DNA of 64,000 nt, taken from positions 23,808,001-23,872,000 of the forward strand of contig OZ059894.1 in NCBI GenBank assembly GCA_964057225.1, written 5' to 3'. This document shows positions 24,666 to 40,800 of this stretch, piece by piece. The notes under the pieces are model-generated. The model was not told the origin of the DNA and did not search any database. It saw only the letters and a list, made by a program, of their open reading frames with translations. Position numbers and translations under genes: made by a program. Positions within the stretch are counted from its first letter, which is position 1. Each line of letters starts with the position of its first letter. Source of the stretch: Auanema rhodensis (lineage: Eukaryota; Animalia; Nematoda).

Positions 24666-27600
24666 TTTATGCTAATTAAATGTACACGTGATGTGCACTT
24701 GGTATGTAACTCGCTTCACGTGAAAGATAAAGTGATGCGGTTTTCAAAATTAGATTCCCCATGTCCATATTAGTCTAAAAACAAATTTTTATTGATATTG
24801 GTTCATGGTAACCATGACTTTGAAATTTACGTGAACTTTAATTTATGCTAATTAAATGTACACGTGATGTGCACTTGGTATGTAACTCGCTTCACGTGAA
24901 AGATAAAGAGATGCGGTTTTCAAAATTAGATTCCCCATGTCCATATTAGTCTAAAAACAAATTTTTATTGATATTGGTGCATGGTAACCATGACTTTGAA
25001 ATTTACGTGAACTTTAATTTATGCTAATTAAATGTACACGTGATGTGCACTTGGTATGTAACTCGCTTCACGTGAAAGATAAAGAGATGCGGTTTTCAAA
25101 ATTTGATTCCCCATGTCCATATTAGTCTAAAAACAAATTTTTATTGATATTGGTTCATGGTAACCATGACTTTGAAATTTACGTGAACTTTAATTTATGC
25201 TAATTAATTGTACACGTGATGTGCACTTGGTATGTAACTCGCTTCACGTGAAAGATAAAGAGATGCGGTTTCCAAAATAAGATTCCCCATGTCCATATTA
25301 GTCTAAAAACAAATTTTTATTGATATTGGTGCATGGTAACCATGACTTTGAAATTTACGTGAACTTTAATTTATGCTAATTAAATGTACACGTGATGTGC
25401 ACTTGGTATGTAACTCGCTTCACGTGAAAGATGAAGAGATGCGGTTTTCAAAATTAGATTCCCCATGTCCATATTAGTCTAAAAACAAATTTTTATTGAT
25501 ATTGGTGCATGGTAACCATGACTTTGAAATTTACGTGAACTTTAATTTATGCTAATTAAATGTACACGTGATGTGCACTTGGTATGTAACTCGCTTCACG
25601 TGAAAGATAAAGAGATGCGGTTTTCAAAATTAGATTCCCCATGTCCTTATTAGTCTAAAAACAAATTTTCAATGATATTGGTGCATGGTAACCATGACTT
25701 TGAAATTTACGTGAACTTTAATTTATGCTAATTAAATGTACACGTGATGTGCACTTGATATGTAACTCGCTTCACGTGAAAGATAAAGAGATGCGGTTTT
25801 CAAAATTAGATTCCCCATGTCCATATTAGTCTAAAAACAAATTTTTATTGATATTGGTGCATGGTAACCATGACTTTGAAATTTACGTGAACTTTAATTT
25901 ATGCTAATTAAATGTACACGTGATGTGCACTTGGTATGTAACTCGCTTCACGTGAAAGATAAAGAGATGCGGTTTTCAAAATTAGATTCCCCATGTCCAT
26001 ATTAGTCTAAAAACAGATTTTTATTGATATTGGTGCATGGTAACCATGACTTTGAAATTTACGTGAACTTTAATTTATGCTAATTAAATGTACACGTGAT
26101 GTGCACTTGGTATGTAACTCGCTTCACGTGAAAGATAAAGAGATGCGGTTTTCAAAATTAGATTCCCCATGTACATATTAGTCTAAAAACAAATTTTTAT
26201 TGATATTAGTTCATGGTAACCATGACTTTGAAATTTACGTGAACTTTAATTTATGCTAATTAAATGTACACGTGATGTGCACTTGGTATGTAACTCGCTT
26301 CACGTGAAAGATAAAGAGATGCGGTTTTCAAAATTAGATTCCCCATGTCCATATTAGTCTAAAAACAAATTTTTATTGATATTGGTGCATGGTAACCATG
26401 ACTTTGAAATTTACGTGAACTTTAATTTATGCTAATTAAATGTACACGTGATGTGCACTTGGTATGTAACTCGCTTCACGTGAAAGATAAAGTGATGCGG
26501 TTTTCAAAATTAGATTCCCCATGTCCATATTAGTCTAAAAACAAATTTTTATTGATATTGGTTCATGGTAACCATGACTTTGAAATTTACGTGAACTTTA
26601 ATTTATGCTAATTAAATGTACACGTGATGTGCACTTGGTATGTAACTCGCTTCACGTGAAAGATAAAGAGATGCGGTTTTCAAAATTAGATTCCCCATGT
26701 CCATATTAGTCTAAAAACAAATTTTTATTGATATTGGTGCATGGTAACCATGACTTTGAAATTTACGTGAACTTTAATTTATGCTAATTAAATGTACACG
26801 TGATGTGCACTTGGTATGTAACTCGCTTCACGTGAAAGATAAAGAGATGCGGTTTTCAAAATTTGATTCCCCATGTCCATATTAGTCTAAAAACAAATTT
26901 TTATTGATATTGGTTCATGGTAACCATGACTTTGAAATTTACGTGAACTTTAATTTATGCTAATTAATTGTACACGTGATGTGCACTTGGTATGTAACTC
27001 GCTTCACGTGAAAGATAAAGAGATGCGGTTTTCAAAATAAGATTCCCCATGTCCATATTAGTCTAAAAACAAATTTTTATTGATATTGGTGCATGGTAAC
27101 CATGACTTTGAAATTTACGTGAACTTTAATTTATGCTAATTAAATGTACACGTGATGTGCACTTGGTATGTAACTCGCTTCACGTGAAAGATAAAGAGAT
27201 GCGGTTTTCAAAGTTAGATTCCCCATGTCCATATTAGTCTAAAAACAAATTTTTATTGATATTGGTGCATGGTAACCATGACTTTGAAATTTACGTGAAC
27301 TTTAATTTATGCTAATTAAATGTACACGTGATGTGCACTTGGTATGTAACTCGCTTCACGTGAAAGATAAAGAGATGCGGTTTTCAAAATTAGATTCCCC
27401 ATGTCCTTATTAGTCTAAAAACAAATTTTCAATGATATTGGTGCATGGTAACCATGACTTTGAAATTTACGTGAACTTTAATTTATGCTAATTAAATGTA
27501 CACGTGATGTGCACTTGATATGTAACTCGCTTCACGTGAAAGATAAAGAGATGCGGTTTTCAAAATTAGATTCCCCATGTCCATATTAGTCTAAAAACAA

Positions 27601-29945
27601 ATTTTTATTGATATTGGTGCATGGTAACCATGACTTTGAAATTTACGTGAACTTTAATTTATGCTAATTAAATGTACACGTGATGTGCACTTGGTATGTA
27701 ACTCGCTTCACGTGAAAGATAAAGAGATGCGGTTTTCAAAATTAGATTCCCCATGTCCATATTAGTCTAAAAACAAATTTTTATTGATATTGGTGCATGG
27801 TAACCATGACTTTGAAATTTACGTGAACTTTAATTTATGCTAATTAAATGTACACGTGATGTGCACTTGGTATGTAACTCGCTTCACGTGAAAGATAAAG
27901 AGATGCGGTTTTCAAAATTAGATTCCCCATGTCCTTATTAGTCTAAAAACAAATTTTCAATGATATTGGTGCATGGTAACCATGACTTTGAAATTTACGT
28001 GAACTTTAATTTATGCTAATTAAATGTACACGTGATGTGCACTTGATATGTAACTCGCTTCACGTGAAAGATAAAGAGATGCGGTTTTCAAAATTAGATT
28101 CCCCATGTCCATATTAGTCTAAAAACAAATTTTTATTGATATTGGTGCATGGTAACCATGACTTTGAAATTTACGTGAACTTTAATTTATGCTAATTAAA
28201 TGTACACGTGATGTGCACTTGGTATGTAACTCGCTTCACGTGAAAGATAAAGAGATGCGGTTTTCAAAATTAGATTCCCCATGTCCATATTAGTCTAAAA
28301 ACAGATTTTTATTGATATTGGTGCATGGTAACCATGACTTTGAAATTTACGTGAACTTTAATTTATGCTAATTAAATGTACACGTGATGTGCACTTGGTA
28401 TGTAACTCGCTTCACGTGAAAGATAAAGAGATGCGGTTTTCAAATTTAGATTCCCCATGTCCATATTAGTCTAAAAACAAATTTTTATTGATATTGGTGC
28501 ATGGTAACCATGACTTTGAAATTTACGTGAACTTTAATTTATGCTAATTAAATGTACACGTGATGTGCACTTGGTATGTAACTCGCTTCACGTGAAAGAT
28601 AAAGTGATGCGGTTTTCAAAATTAGATTCCCCATGTCCATATTAGTCTAAAAACAAATTTTTATTGATATTGGTTCATGGTAACCATGACTTTGAAATTT
28701 ACGTGAACTTTAATTTATGCTAATTAAATGTACACGTGATGTGCACTTGGTATGTAACTCGCTTCACGTGAAAGATAAAGAGATGCGGTTTTCAAAATTA
28801 GATTCCCCATGTCCATATTAGTCTAAAAACAAATTTTTATTGATATTGGTGCATGGTAACCATGACTTTGAAATTTACGTGAACTTTAATTTATGCTAAT
28901 TAAATGTACACGTGATGTGCACTTGGTATGTAACTCGCTTCACGTGAAAGATAAAGAGATGCGGTTTTCAAAATTTGATTCCCCATGTCCATATTAGTCT
29001 AAAAACAAATTTTTATTGATATTGGTTCATGGTAACCATGACTTTGAAATTTACGTGAACTTTAATTTATGCTAATTAATTGTACACGTGATGTGCACTT
29101 GGTATGTAACTCGCTTCACGTGAAAGATAAAGAGATGCGGTTTTCAAAATAAGATTCCCCATGTCCATATTAGTCTAAAAACAAATTTTTATTGATATTG
29201 GTGCATGGTAACCATGACTTTGAAATTTACGTGAACTTTAATTTATGCTAATTAAATGTACACGTGATGTGCACTTGGTATGTAACTCGCTTCACGTGAA
29301 AGATAAAGAGATGCGGTTTTCAAAATTAGATTCCCCATGTCCATATTAGTCTAAAAACAAATTTTTATTGATATTGGTGCATGGTAACCATGACTTTGAA
29401 ATTTACGTGAACTTTAATTTATGCTAATTATATGTACACGTGATGTGCACTTGGTATGTAACTCGCTTCACGTGAAAGATAAAGAGATGCGGTTTTCAAA
29501 ATTAGATTCCCCATGTCCTTATTAGTCTAAAAACAAATTTTCAATGATATTGGTGCATGGTAACCATGACTTTGAAATTTACGTGAACTTTAATTTATGC
29601 TAATTAAATGTACACGTGATGTGCACTTGATATGTAACTCGCTTCACGTGAAAGATAAAGAGATGCGGTTTTCAAAATTAGATTCCCCATGTCCATATTA
29701 GTCTAAAAACAAATTTTTATTGATATTGGTGCATGGTAACCATGACTTTGAAATTTACGTGAACTTTAATTTATGCTAATTAAATGTACACGTGATGTGC
29801 ACTTGGTATGTAACTCGCTTCACGTGAAAGATAAAGAGATGCGGTTTTCAAAATTAGATTCCCCATGTCCATATTAGTCTAAAAACAGATTTTTATTGAT
29901 ATTGGTGCATGGTAACCATGACTTTGAAATTTACGTGAACTTTAA
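24666..29945 (+). repeat. ~10-monomer HOR, three copies (10, 12 and 8 monomers); copy 2 has an internal 3-mer duplication
   Basis: [A68T]..[A87T]-[A15T,T86A]..[A102T,T125C,T127A]-[G37A]-[A119G] starts at 24666, 26426 and 28538. The A102T/G37A pair is doubled at 27306/27834. Confidence 0.85.
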
Positions 29946-32761
29946 TTTATGCTAATTAAATGTACACGTGATGTGCACTTGGTATGTAACTCGCTTCACG
30001 TGAAAGATAAAGAGATGCGGTTTTCAAAATTTGATTCCCCATGTCCATATTAGTCTAAAAACAAATTTTTATTGATATTGGTTCATGGTAACCATGACTT
30101 TGAAATTTACGTGAACTTTAATTTATGCTAATTAAATGTACACGTGATGTGCACTTGGTATGTAACTCGCTTCACGTGAAAGATAAAGAGATGCGGTTTT
30201 CAAAATTAGATTCCCCATGTACATATTAGTCTAAAAACAAATTTTTATTGATATTGGTTCATGGTAACCATGACTTTGAAATTTACGTGAACTTTAATTT
30301 ATGCTAATTAAATGTACACGTGATGTGCACTTGGTATGTAACTCGCTTCACGTGAAAGATAAAGAGATGCGGTTTTCAAAATTAGATTCCCCATGTACAT
30401 ATTAGTCTAAAAACAAATTTTTATTGATATTGGTGCATGGTAACCATGACTTTGAAATTTACGTGAACTTTAATTTATGCTAATTAAATGTACACGTGAT
30501 GTGCACTTGGTATGTAACTCGCTTCACGCGAAAGATAAAGAGATGCGGTTTTCAACATTAGATTCCCCATGTCCATATTAGTCTAAAAACAAATTTTTAT
30601 TGATATTGGTGCATGGTAACCATGACTTTGAATTTTACGTGAACTTTAATTTATGCTAATTAAATGTACACGTGATGTGCACTTGGTATGTAACTCGCTT
30701 CACGCGAAAGATAAAGAGATGCGGTTTTCAACATTAGATTCCCCATGTCCATATTAGTCTAAAAACAAATTTTTATTGATATTGGTGCATGGTAACCATG
30801 ACTTTGAAATTTACGTGAACTTTAATTTATGCTAATTAAATGTACACGTGATGTGCACTTGGTATGTAACTCGCTTCACGTGAAAGATAAAGAGATGCGG
30901 TTTTCAAAATTAGATTCCCCATGTACATATTAGTCTAAAAACAAATTTTTATTGATATTGGTTCATGGTAACCATGACTTTGAAATTTACGTGAACTTTA
31001 ATTTATGCTAATTAAATGTACACGTGATGTGCACTTGGTATGTAACTCGCTTCACGTGAAAGATAAAGAGATGCGGTTTTCAAAATTAGATTCCCCATGT
31101 ACATATTAGTCTAAAAACAAATTTTTATTGATATTGGTGCATGGTAACCATGACTTTGAAATTTACGTGAACTTTAATTTATGCTAATTAAATGTACACG
31201 TGATGTGCACTTGGTATGTAACTCGCTTCACGCGAAAGATAAAGAGATGCGGTTTTCAACATTAGATTCCCCATGTCCATATTAGTCTAAAAACAAATTT
31301 TTATTGATATTGGTGCATGGTAACCATGACTTTGAAATTTACGTGAACTTTAATTTATGCTAATTAAATGTACACGTGATGTGCACTTGGTATGTAACTC
31401 GCTTCACGTGAAAGATAAAAAGATGCGGTTTTCAAAATTAGATTCCCCATGTCCATACTAGTCTAAAAACAAATTTTTATTGATATTGGTGCATGGTAAC
31501 CATGACTTTGAAATTTACGTGAACTTTAATTTATGCTAATTAAATGTACACGTGATGTGCACTTGGTATGTAACTCGCTTCACGTGAAAGATAAAGAGAT
31601 GCGGTTTTCAAAATAAGATTCCCCATGTCCATTTTAGTCTAAAAACAAATTTTTATTGATATTGGTGCATGGTAACCATGACTTTGAAATTTACGTGAAT
31701 TTTGATTTATGCTAATTAAATGTACATGTGATGTGCACTTGGTATGTAACTCGCTTCACGTGAAAGATAAAGAGATGCGGTTTTCAAAATAAGATTCCCC
31801 ATGTCCATATTAGTCTAAAAACAAATTTTTATTGATATTGGTGCATGGTAACCATGACTTTGAAATTTACGTGAACTTTAATTTATGCTAATTAAATGTA
31901 CACGTGATGTGCACTTGGTATGTAACTCGCTTCACGTGAAAGATAAAGAGATGCGGTTTTCAACATTAGATTCCCCATGTCCATATTAGTCTAAAAACAA
32001 ATTTTTATTGATATTGGTGCATGGTAACCATGACTTTGAAATTTACGTGAACTTTAATTTATGCTAATTAAATGTACACGTGATGTGCACTTGGTATGTA
32101 ACTCGCTTCACGTGAAAGATAAAAAGATGCGGTTTTCAAAATTAGATTCCCCATGTCCATACTAGTCTAAAAACAAATTTTTATTGATATTGGTGCATGG
32201 TAACCATGACTTTGAAATTTACGTGAACTTTAATTTATGCTAATTAAATGTACACGTGATGTGCACTTGGTGTGTAACTCGCTTCACGTGAAAGATAAAG
32301 AGATGCGGTTTTCAAAATAAGATTCCCCATGTCCATTTTAGTCTAAAAACAAATTTTTATTGATATTGGTGCATGGTAACCATGACTTTGAAATTTACGT
32401 GAATTTTGATTTATGCTAATTAAATGTACATGTGATGTGCACTTGGTATGTAACTCGCTTCACGTGAAAGATAAAGAGCTGCGGTTTTCAAAATAAGATT
32501 CCCCATGTCCATATTAGTCTAAAAACAAATTTTTATTGATATTGGTGCATGGTAACCATGACTTTGAAATTTACGTGAACTTTAATTTATGCTAATTAAA
32601 TGTACACGTGATGTGCACTTGGTTTGTAACTCGCTTCACGTGAAAGATAAAGAGATGCGGTTTTCAAAATTAGATTCCCCATGTCCATATTAGTCTAAAA
32701 ACAAATTTTTATTGATATTGGTGCATGGTAACCATGACTTTGAAATTTACGTGAACTTTAA

Positions 32762-35700
32762 TTTATGCTAATTAAATGTACACGTGATGTGCACTTGGTA
32801 TGTAACTCGCTTCACGTGAAAGATATAGTGATGCGGTTTTCCAAATTAGATTCCCCATGTCCATATTAGTCTAAAAACAAATTTTTATTGATATTGGTTC
32901 ATGGTAACCATGACTTTGAAATTTACGTGAACTTTAATTTATGCTAATTAAATGTACACGTGATGTGCACTTGGTATGTAACTCGCTTCACGTGAAAGAT
33001 AAAGAGATGCGGTTTTCAAAATTTGATTCCCCATGTCCATATTAGTCTAAAAACAAATTTTTATTGATATTGGTTCATGGTAACCATGACTTTGAAATTT
33101 ACGTGAACTTTAATTTATGCTAATTAAATGTACACGTGATGTGCACTTGGTATGTAACTCGCTTCACGTGAAAGATGAAGAGATGCGGTTTTCAAAATTA
33201 GATTCCCCATGTACATATTAGTCTAAAAACAGATTTTTATTGATATTGGTTCATGGTAACCATGACTTTGAAATTTACGTGAACTTTAATTTATGCTAAT
33301 TAAATGTACACGTGATGTGCACTTGGTATGTAACTCGCTTCACGTGGAAGATAAAGAGATGCGGTTTTCAAAATTAGATTCCCCATGTCCATATTAGTCT
33401 AAAAACAAATTTTTATTGATATTGGTGCATGGTAACCATGACTTTGAAATTTACGTGAACTTTAATTTATGCTAATTAAATGTACACGTGATGTGCACTT
33501 GGTATGTAACTCGCTTCACGTGAAAGATAAAAAGATGCGGTTTTCAAAATTAGATTCCCCATGTCCATATTAGTCTAAAAACAAATTTTTATTGATATTG
33601 GTGCATGGTAACCATGACTTTGAAATTTACGTGAACTTTAATTTATGCTAATTAAATGTACACGTGATGTGCACTTGGTATGTAACTCGCTTCACGTGAA
33701 AGATAAAGAGATGCGGTTTTCAAAATTAGATTCCCCATGTCCATTTTAGTCTAAAAACAAATTTTTATTGATATTGGTTCATGGTAACCATGATTTTGAA
33801 ATTTACGTGAACTTTAATTTATGCTAATTAAATGTACACGTGATGTGCACTTGGTATGTAACTCGCTTCACGTGAAAGATAAAGAGATGCGGTTTTCAAA
33901 ATTAGATTCCCCATGTCCATTTTAGTCTAAAAACAAATTTTTATTGATATTGGTGCATGGTAACCATGACTTTGAAATTTACGTGAACTTTAATTTATGC
34001 TAATTAAATGTACACGTGATGTGCACTTGGTATGTAACTCGCTTCACGTGAAAGATAAAGAGATGCGGTTTTCAAAATTAGATTCCCCATGTCCTTATTA
34101 GTCTAAAAACAAATTTTCAATGATATTGGTGCATGGTAACCATGACTTTGAAATTTACGTGAACTTTAATTTATGCTAATTAAATGTACACGTGATGTGC
34201 ACTTGATATGTAACTCGCTTCACGTGAAAGATAAAGAGATGCGGTTTTCAAAATTAGATTCCCCATGTCCATATTAGTCTAAAAACAAATTTTTATTGAT
34301 ATTGGTGCATGGTAACCATGACTTTGAAATTTACGTGAACTTTAATTTATGCTAATTAAATGTACACGTGATGTGCACTTGGTATGTAACTCGCTTCACG
34401 TGAAAGATAAAGAGATGCGGTTTTCAAAATTAGATTCCCCATGTCCATATTAGTCTAAAAACAGATTTTTATTGATATTGGTGCATGGTAACCATGACTT
34501 TGAAATTTACGTGAACTTTAATTTATGCTAATTAAATGTACACGTGATGTGCACTTGGTATGTAACTCGCTTCACGTGAAAGATAAAGAGATGCGGTTTT
34601 CAAAATTAGATTCCCCATGTACATATTAGTCTAAAAACAAATTTTTATTGATATTGGTTCATGGTAACCATGACTTTGAAATTTACGTGAACTTTAATTT
34701 ATGCTAATTAAATGTACACGTGATGTGCACTTGGTATGTAACTCGCTTCACGTGGAAGATAAAGAGATGCGGTTTTCAAAATTAGATTCCCCATGTCCAT
34801 ATTAGTCTAAAAACAAATTTTTATTGATATTGGTGCATGGTAACCATGACTTTGAAATTTACGTGAACTTTAATTTATGCTAATTAAATGTACACGTGAT
34901 GTGCATTTGGTATGTAACTCGCTTCACGTGAAAGATAAAGAGATGCGGTTTTCAAAATTTGATTCCCCATGTCCATATTAGTCTAAAAACAAATTTTTAT
35001 TGATATTGGTTCATGGTAACCATGACTTTGAAATTTACGTGAACTTTAATTTATGCTAATTAAATGTACACGTGATGTGCACTTGGTATGTAACTCGCTT
35101 CACGTGAAAGATAAAGAGATGCGGTTTTCAAAATTAGATTCCCCATGTACATATTAGTCTAAAAACAAATTTTTATTGATATTGGTTCATGGTAACCATG
35201 ACTTTGAAATTTACGTGAACTTTAATTTATGCTAATTAAATGTACACGTGATGTGCACTTGGTATGTAACTCGCTTCACGTGAAAGATAAAGAGATGCGG
35301 TTTTCAAAATTAGATTCCCCATGTCCATATTAGTCTAAAAACAAATTTTTATTGATATTGGTGCATGGTAACCATGACTTTGAAATTTACGTGAACTTTA
35401 ATTTATGCTAATTAAATGTACACGTGATGTGCACTTGGTATGTAACTCGCTTCACGTGAAAGATATAGTGATGCGGTTTTCCAAATTAGATTCCCCATGT
35501 CCATATTAGTCTAAAAACAAATTTTTATTGATATTGGTTCATGGTAACCATGACTTTGAAATTTACGTGAACTTTAATTTATGCTAATTAAATGTACACG
35601 TGATGTGCACTTGGTATGTAACTCGCTTCACGTGAAAGATAAAGAGATGCGGTTTTCAAAATTTGATTCCCCATGTCCATATTAGTCTAAAAACAAATTT

Positions 35701-37865
35701 TTATTGATATTGGTTCATGGTAACCATGACTTTGAAATTTACGTGAACTTTAATTTATGCTAATTAAATGTACACGTGATGTGCACTTGGTATGTAACTC
35801 GCTTCACGTGAAAGATGAAGAGATGCGGTTTTCAAAATTAGATTCCCCATGTACATATTAGTCTAAAAACAGATTTTTATTGATATTGGTTCATGGTAAC
35901 CATGACTTTGAAATTTACGTGAACTTTAATTTATGCTAATTAAATGTACACGTGATGTGCACTTGGTATGTAACTCGCTTCACGTGGAAGATAAAGAGAT
36001 GCGGTTTTCAAAATTAGATTCCCCATGTCCATATTAGTCTAAAAACAAATTTTTATTGATATTGGTGCATGGTAACCATGACTTTGAAATTTACGTGAAC
36101 TTTAATTTATGCTAATTAAATGTACACGTGATGTGCACTTGGTATGTAACTCGCTTCACGTGAAAGATAAAAAGATGCGGTTTTCAAAATTAGATTCCCC
36201 ATGTCCATATTAGTCTAAAAACAAATTTTTATTGATATTGGTGCATGGTAACCATGACTTTGAAATTTACGTGAACTTTAATTTATGCTAATTAAATGTA
36301 CACGTGATGTGCACTTGGTATGTAACTCGCTTCACGTGAAAGATAAAGAGATGCGGTTTTCAAAATTAGATTCCCCATGTCCATTTTAGTCTAAAAACAA
36401 ATTTTTATTGATATTGGTTCATGGTAACCATGATTTTGAAATTTACGTGAACTTTAATTTATGCTAATTAAATGTACACGTGATGTGCACTTGGTATGTA
36501 ACTCGCTTCACGTGAAAGATAAAGAGATGCGGTTTTCAAAATTAGATTCCCCATGTCCATTTTAGTCTAAAAACAAATTTTTATTGATATTGGTGCATGG
36601 TAACCATGACTTTGAAATTTACGTGAACTTTAATTTATGCTAATTAAATGTACACGTGATGTGCACTTGGTATGTAACTCGCTTCACGTGAAAGATAAAG
36701 AGATGCGGTTTTCAAAATTAGATTCCCCATGTCCTTATTAGTCTAAAAACAAATTTTCAATGATATTGGTGCATGGTAACCATGACTTTGAAATTTACGT
36801 GAACTTTAATTTATGCTAATTAAATGTACACGTGATGTGCACTTGATATGTAACTCGCTTCACGTGAAAGATAAAGAGATGCGGTTTTCAAAATTAGATT
36901 CCCCATGTCCATATTAGTCTAAAAACAAATTTTTATTGATATTGGTGCATGGTAACCATGACTTTGAAATTTACGTGAACTTTAATTTATGCTAATTAAA
37001 TGTACACGTGATGTGCACTTGGTATGTAACTCGCTTCACGTGAAAGATAAAGAGATGCGGTTTTCAAAATTAGATTCCCCATGTCCATATTAGTCTAAAA
37101 ACAGATTTTTATTGATATTGGTGCATGGTAACCATGACTTTGAAATTTACGTGAACTTTAATTTATGCTAATTAAATGTACACGTGATGTGCACTTGGTA
37201 TGTAACTCGCTTCACGTGAAAGATAAAGAGATGCGGTTTTCAAAATTAGATTCCCCATGTACATATTAGTCTAAAAACAAATTTTTATTGATATTGGTTC
37301 ATGGTAACCATGACTTTGAAATTTACGTGAACTTTAATTTATGCTAATTAAATGTACACGTGATGTGCACTTGGTATGTAACTCGCTTCACGTGGAAGAT
37401 AAAGAGATGCGGTTTTCAAAATTAGATTCCCCATGTCCATATTAGTCTAAAAACAAATTTTTATTGATATTGGTGCATGGTAACCATGACTTTGAAATTT
37501 ACGTGAACTTTAATTTATGCTAATTAAATGTACACGTGATGTGCATTTGGTATGTAACTCGCTTCACGTGAAAGATAAAGAGATGCGGTTTTCAAAATTT
37601 GATTCCCCATGTCCATATTAGTCTAAAAACAAATTTTTATTGATATTGGTTCATGGTAACCATGACTTTGAAATTTACGTGAACTTTAATTTATGCTAAT
37701 TAAATGTACACGTGATGTGCACTTGGTATGTAACTCGCTTCACGTGAAAGATAAAGAGATGCGGTTTTCAAAATTAGATTCCCCATGTACATATTAGTCT
37801 AAAAACAAATTTTTATTGATATTGGTTCATGGTAACCATGACTTTGAAATTTACGTGAACTTTAA
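32762..37865 (+). repeat. 15-monomer (2640-bp) tandem duplication, apparently identical copies
   Basis: All markers I read (A65T+A68T+A81C; A64G+C100A+A119G; A58G; G67A; A104T+C153T; A102T; G37A; C33T+A87T) recur exactly 2640 bp later. Confidence 0.92.
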
Positions 37866-40800
37866 TTTATGCTAATTAAATGTACACGTGATGTGCACTT
37901 GGTATGTAACTCGCTTCACGTGAAAGATAAAGAGATGCGGTTTTCAAAATTAGATTCCCCATGTACATATTAGTCTAAAAACAAATTTTTATTGATATTG
38001 GTGCATGGTAACCATGACTTTGAAATTTACGTGAACTTTAATTTATGCTAATTAAATGTACACGTGATGTGCACTTGGTATGTAACTCGCTTCACGCGAA
38101 AGATAAAGAGATGCGGTTTTCAACATTAGATTCCCCATGTCCATATTAGTCTAAAAACAAATTTTTATTGATATTGGTGCATGGTAACCATGACTTTGAA
38201 ATTTACGTGAACTTTAATTTATGCTAATTAAATGTACACGTGATGTGCACTTGGTATGTAACTCGCTTCACGTGAAAGATAAAGAGATGCGGTTTTCAAA
38301 ATTAGATTCCCCATGTACATATTAGTCTAAAAACAAATTTTTATTGATATTGGTTCATGGTAACCATGACTTTGAAATTTACGTGAACTTTAATTTATGC
38401 TAATTAAATGTACACGTGATGTGCACTTGGTATGTAACTCGCTTCACGTGAAAGATAAAGAGATGCGGTTTTCAAAATTAGATTCCCCATGTACATATTA
38501 GTCTAAAAACAAATTTTTATTGATATTGGTGCATGGTAACCATGACTTTGAAATTTACGTGAACTTTAATTTATGCTAATTAAATGTACACGTGATGTGC
38601 ACTTGGTATGTAACTCGCTTCACGCGAAAGATAAAGAGATGCGGTTTTCAACATTAGATTCCCCATGTCCATATTAGTCTAAAAACAAATTTTTATTGAT
38701 ATTGGTGCATGGTAACCATGACTTTGAAATTTACGTGAACTTTAATTTATGCTAATTAAATGTACACGTGATGTGCACTTGGTATGTAACTCGCTTCACG
38801 TGAAAGATAAAAAGATGCGGTTTTCAAAATTAGATTCCCCATGTCCATACTAGTCTAAAAACAAATTTTTATTGATATTGGTGCATGGTAACCATGACTT
38901 TGAAATTTACGTGAACTTTAATTTATGCTAATTAAATGTACACGTGATGTGCACTTGGTATGTAACTCGCTTCACGTGAAAGATAAAGAGATGCGGTTTT
39001 CAAAATAAGATTCCCCATGTCCATTTTAGTCTAAAAACAAATTTTTATTGATATTGGTGCATGGTAACCATGACTTTGAAATTTACGTGAATTTTGATTT
39101 ATGCTAATTAAATGTACATGTGATGTGCACTTGGTATGTAACTCGCTTCACGTGAAAGATAAAGAGATGCGGTTTTCAAAATAAGATTCCCCATGTCCAT
39201 ATTAGTCTAAAAACAAATTTTTATTGATATTGGTGCATGGTAACCATGACTTTGAAATTTACGTGAACTTTAATTTATGCTAATTAAATGTACACGTGAT
39301 GTGCACTTGGTATGTAACTCGCTTCACGTGAAAGATAAAGAGATGCGGTTTTCAACATTAGATTCCCCATGTCCATATTAGTCTAAAAACAAATTTTTAT
39401 TGATATTGGTGCATGGTAACCATGACTTTGAAATTTACGTGAACTTTAATTTATGCTAATTAAATGTACACGTGATGTGCACTTGGTATGTAACTCGCTT
39501 CACGTGAAAGATAAAAAGATGCGGTTTTCAAAATTAGATTCCCCATGTCCATACTAGTCTAAAAACAAATTTTTATTGATATTGGTGCATGGTAACCATG
39601 ACTTTGAAATTTACGTGAACTTTAATTTATGCTAATTAAATGTACACGTGATGTGCACTTGGTATGTAACTCGCTTCACGTGAAAGATAAAGAGATGCGG
39701 TTTTCAAAATAAGATTCCCCATGTCCATTTTAGTCTAAAAACAAATTTTTATTGATATTGGTGCATGGTAACCATGACTTTGAAATTTACGTGAATTTTG
39801 ATTTATGCTAATTAAATGTACATGTGATGTGCACTTGGTATGTAACTCGCTTCACGTGAAAGATAAAGAGATGCGGTTTTCAAAATAAGATTCCCCATGT
39901 CCATATTAGTCTAAAAACAAATTTTTATTGATATTGGTGCATGGTAACCATGACTTTGAAATTTACGTGAACTTTAATTTATGCTAATTAAATGTACACG
40001 TGATGTGCACTTGGTATGTAACTCGCTTCACGTGAAAGATAAAGAGATGCGGTTTTCAAAATTAGATTCCCCATGTCCATATTAGTCTAAAAACAAATTT
40101 TTATTGATATTGGTGCATGGTAACCATGACTTTGAAATTTACGTGAACTTTAATTTATGCTAATTAAATGTACACGTGATGTGCACTTGGTATGTAACTC
40201 GCTTCACGTGAAAGATAAAGAGATGCGGTTTTCAACATTAGATTCCCCATGTCCATATTAGTCTAAAAACAAATTTTTATTGATATTGGTGCATGGTAAC
40301 CATGACTTTGAAATTTACGTGAACTTTAATTTATGCTAATTAAATGTACACGTGATGTGCACTTGGTATGTAACTCGCTTCACGTGAAAGATAAAAAGAT
40401 GCGGTTTTCAAAATTAGATTCCCCATGTCCATACTAGTCTAAAAACAAATTTTTATTGATATTGGTGCATGGTAACCATGACTTTGAAATTTACGTGAAC
40501 TTTAATTTATGCTAATTAAATGTACACGTGATGTGCACTTGGTATGTAACTCGCTTCACGTGAAAGATAAAGAGATGCGGTTTTCAAAATAAGATTCCCC
40601 ATGTCCATTTTAGTCTAAAAACAAATTTTTATTGATATTGGTGCATGGTAACCATGACTTTGAAATTTACGTGAATTTTGATTTATGCTAATTAAATGTA
40701 CATGTGATGTGCACTTGGTATGTAACTCGCTTCACGTGAAAGATAAAGAGATGCGGTTTTCAAAATAAGATTCCCCATGTCCATATTAGTCTAAAAACAA

